From positions 12,216,001-12,280,000 of the forward strand of contig CM119372.1 in the NCBI GenBank assembly GCA_051294905.1: 64,000 bases of DNA, in the 5' to 3' direction. The stretch comes from Botryllus schlosseri. Lineage: Eukaryota. A program made the translations under genes and the position numbers. Positions 61,801 through 64,000 of this stretch are shown in pieces (within the stretch, counting starts at the first letter, position 1; each line of letters opens with the position of its first letter). Below the pieces are notes generated by a model. That model had not been told where the DNA came from and did no database searches. It worked only from the letters and a program-made list of their open reading frames with translations.

Positions 61801-63854
61801 GATTTGTGGTGAAGTTCTCGTGCGAATGTATGTCTTTTACCTGAGAAATTAGGACGACGGCAGGCCTATATACTGCTAATACTCGTGTAGCTGTGTAGTT
61901 ATCACGTGCTCATAGTCTTCAAACCCTATAGTGGAGTGCCGCGCAACGGTGATTATTTATATTTTGGATAACTACCGTTAACCACCTAAGCTTCGTGTCG
62001 ATTGTCAAGAGATTGTTCCGAGAAATTCTGCATATTTTTTTTTGAATTCAAACTGATTGTTTTTTACACAAATATTGACTTCACTTCATAATGCAGCGAG
62101 GGCAAGGGAAAGCACATTCAAGCTATTCCTACTCACTTAACTACTGTCCTTAGCTAACACCATGTATCTGATACAAAGGAAATATAATTTTTTTCGTAGT
62201 AATAGCTCACTACATGTTCGGCATATTAGTGCACCGTGTCACAGTAACTTACTCAGGCTTTGCAATATTCTCGCTTATCGCTAGGATATAATGACACCAT
62301 GATTCTGTCGTTGTAGTTTAGACTCATATATGCAACCTACGATAACAACATATATGATTATAACTGTATTAGGTGTATGTGTGGATTGAGACTTCACCGC
62401 CTCCTGACAGCAACGGACACAAGGTCAAGTTACTGGTACAGAGCGACCCATATTATTTAGTCAGCAAGTCCATTCGTCAGCTGCATGGCCCATACATACT
62501 CGAATATGTGGCGTACGGAGTCTCGTCTCACGGGCTTTGTTTTGCCGCAGATGAAAATCACGAGAAATACTCCGTCCGTGTCTGCCGCAGTCCATCCGGA
62601 ACAGTTGAACTATGACCCCAGCAGCCGTACCGTAACGAGAGAACCCGACGTCACGATGATGTTCACGAGGTTGGATTCGGAGCACAACGCCAAAACCTTG
62701 ATGAACTCGGCAAAGACCGGAAGGATTAATCAGGTAAGTGTCGAGTTTTGTGGTGTTACAAATAATTTTCAAACGGTAGTATTACTGTTATTAGTCTTGG
62801 AACAGTATTTTCATTAGACCCGCTATTTATGGCTAGTCCCAGAGGTGGTCAAATTGGTCAATGGCTACAACATGCATCTTCTCGACTGCACATTGCACAA
62901 CATGACTGATGACGTTTCAGCAAGTTAATATGATACGATTTCTCACTAAAGTGATGCTAATCAATCCCCAAACTCCTTTATACTTTACAAAAGCCAAAGT
63001 ACATAAAGAGTAAGTTTTCTCTTTAAAACTGTCAGGTAGAAGTGGAAGCAGTCTGACTTTGCTGTACAGGAAACGTTTGACCCAGATTCAAACATTCTCA
63101 TTGTCGAACCCAGCCCTTGCCAGAGCATAACATATATATTTTACTGACACGCAGCAAATCATTCGATTCTGGTATACAGGAAACGTTAGACTCCCTCGTA
63201 GTCACGATGGAAGGCTACAACGAAATCGCAAGCACCCGTTTCCATCAACTCGTGCGCAAGATTGTGCATCACACCAAAATGAAGGAGATTGAAGTCAACG
63301 TGAGAAACAGCAATCTAGTGACGTCGGAAGTATTCCAAATACTAGGTGAGAACCTGTTACCGGTTTCGGCGATTTTGAGAAACATGGGCTAAAAACGAAG
63401 GGGGCAAAATATTGGAATGTTAGGTCAATTTATTTGAAGAGATTACAGGCTCGTTGCCAGACACATCACAGGCCGCGAGAGTTGAAATGGATCAAATTTG
63501 CTGCACATTAACCCAATTGAATTTGTTTATGAATTCTCTTGACTCAGCAGAAAAAAGTGCATCCAAAAAAACTAATCACTTGATATATCGAGCTTGATAG
63601 GGGGGTAATGGGTCAAAGAGCTTTGGAACCACTGGCGTCTGTGAATTTTATGCGCATCCTTACCACACAGAGAAAATGGAAGACTTGCAACGTCGTCGGG
63701 CGCAGCACTGGAGCCGTCGGATGGACGAATTGAGTGTGAAGCGTCAGAGGCTCGGGCTGCTCTTGCAAGATGCGATGCAGAGACTGGAGAAGATCACCGG
63801 GGTGTTTCTGATCAAGCCGATGCTGTCGTATCCGGGGCGGGTGAAGTCGAGAAA
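49838..63854 (+). CDS. Coiled-coil protein, FAM186A/B-like; continues beyond window
   Basis: Exons: 49838-49984, 50314-50394, 50582-50710, 51409-51614, 51672-51757, 52057-52157, 52226-52399, 54652-54718, 55362-55468, 56881-56998, 58619-58752, 58806-59006, 59063-59153, 59815-59867, 59933-60055, 60667-~60810, 61204-61356, 61418-61534, ~62373/62551-62733 (5' boundary uncertain), 63180-63345, 63671-63854. Heptad E/K/Q/L-rich segments throughout. The N-terminus NIPVGISADVDVFENLKRSKLARAQEQTREEL and the distal WSRRMDELSVKR..GVFLIKP resemble FAM186 conserved ends as I recall them (not searched). The existence of the gene is well supported; the family call is moderate. Confidence 0.7.
52596..54286 (-). 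mobile_element. Degenerate hAT (Buster/Charlie-like) element with transposase remnant
   Basis: CAGTGTCTCCCAA..TTGGGAACCACTG; TSD ATGTAGGC / ATGTAGAC; minus strand ~52730-52910 reads SYLIERVLSAVTKFLTHTRNRL, then after a frameshift GDFRL..KSNM..HQLHSS. Confidence 0.82.
53051..53390. mobile_element. Nested TAGGGTTACCA-family MITE
   Basis: TAGGGTTACCAT..ATGGTAACCCTA; TSD AGTACAAT / ACTACAAT (7/8); GAGGAC repeats. Confidence 0.85.
57030..57290 (-). mobile_element. L2/CR1-like LINE 3' fragment
   Basis: AATTTCATCATTTCAAAACACCACAAGATTGTGATACAAT..ATAGGAAGG matches the same family. Confidence 0.65.
57671..58552. mobile_element. hAT-type element with eroded right TIR, hosting a SINE
   Basis: Left end CAGTGGTTGCCAC; 8-bp direct repeat CTGTAGAG at 57663-57670 and 58553-58560. 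Confidence 0.6.
58020..58290 (-). mobile_element. tRNA-derived SINE, near full length
   Basis: (GA)n tail on +; body and A/B boxes are the reverse complement of the 20.8k copy. Confidence 0.8.
59552..59727. repeat. Tandem duplication, 2 x 88 bp, nearly identical
   Basis: AGCTTTTTTCTCTTACTGATTTAC..AGTTAAGCGGCCGATGGA occurs twice, with about 2 mismatches. Confidence 0.9.
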
Positions 63855-64000
63855 GTATGTTTGTTTGGTTGTGCATTTCGTAGGTGACAGGCGATAATAA
63901 ACTTAAATATTGCTTTCAAGAATGCATAAAAACATACATAAAAATATGAATGTACTATTAACAGCCCTGTTCAAGTTCTGCACCACCAATAAGTTATTCA

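Noticed and set aside
111..63897. Most minus-strand and off-frame ORFs in the supplied track
   Set aside because: They are antisense or frame shadows of real exons, or lie in TE or intron sequence, with no motifs or splice support. No minus-strand host gene was found.

Overview
Eukaryotic (animal) genomic DNA, AT-rich, with GT-AG introns (many only about 55-65 nt) and many non-autonomous transposons. The style suggests a marine invertebrate, possibly an ascidian, but this is inference only. I assembled three spliced genes by hand, all on the + strand. (1) 290-~27.5k, 5'-truncated: a large extracellular protein with at least 15 CCP/sushi domains, a MIDAS-degenerate VWA, 3 more CCPs and a MIDAS-intact VWA. 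Most CCPs carry a DxDxDG-type acidic loop. (2) 30650-47658: a 27-exon, ~1358-aa two-pore-channel (TPC)-architecture cation channel. It has acidic pore filters (STENYP / TTNDW), a canonical-looking EF-hand loop, a nearly uncharged domain-II S4 and a long C-tail with an SH3-like domain. This is the most interesting object in the window. (3) 49838 to beyond 64000: a coiled-coil FAM186-like gene. Introns and intergenic DNA hold many hAT-type elements with 8-bp TSDs (several nested), TA- and TTAA-flanked MITEs including a 500-bp foldback, a tRNA-derived SINE, L2/CR1-like 3' ends and Penelope-like remnants with degenerate minimal hammerhead motifs. All comparisons to known proteins are from memory; no searches were run.
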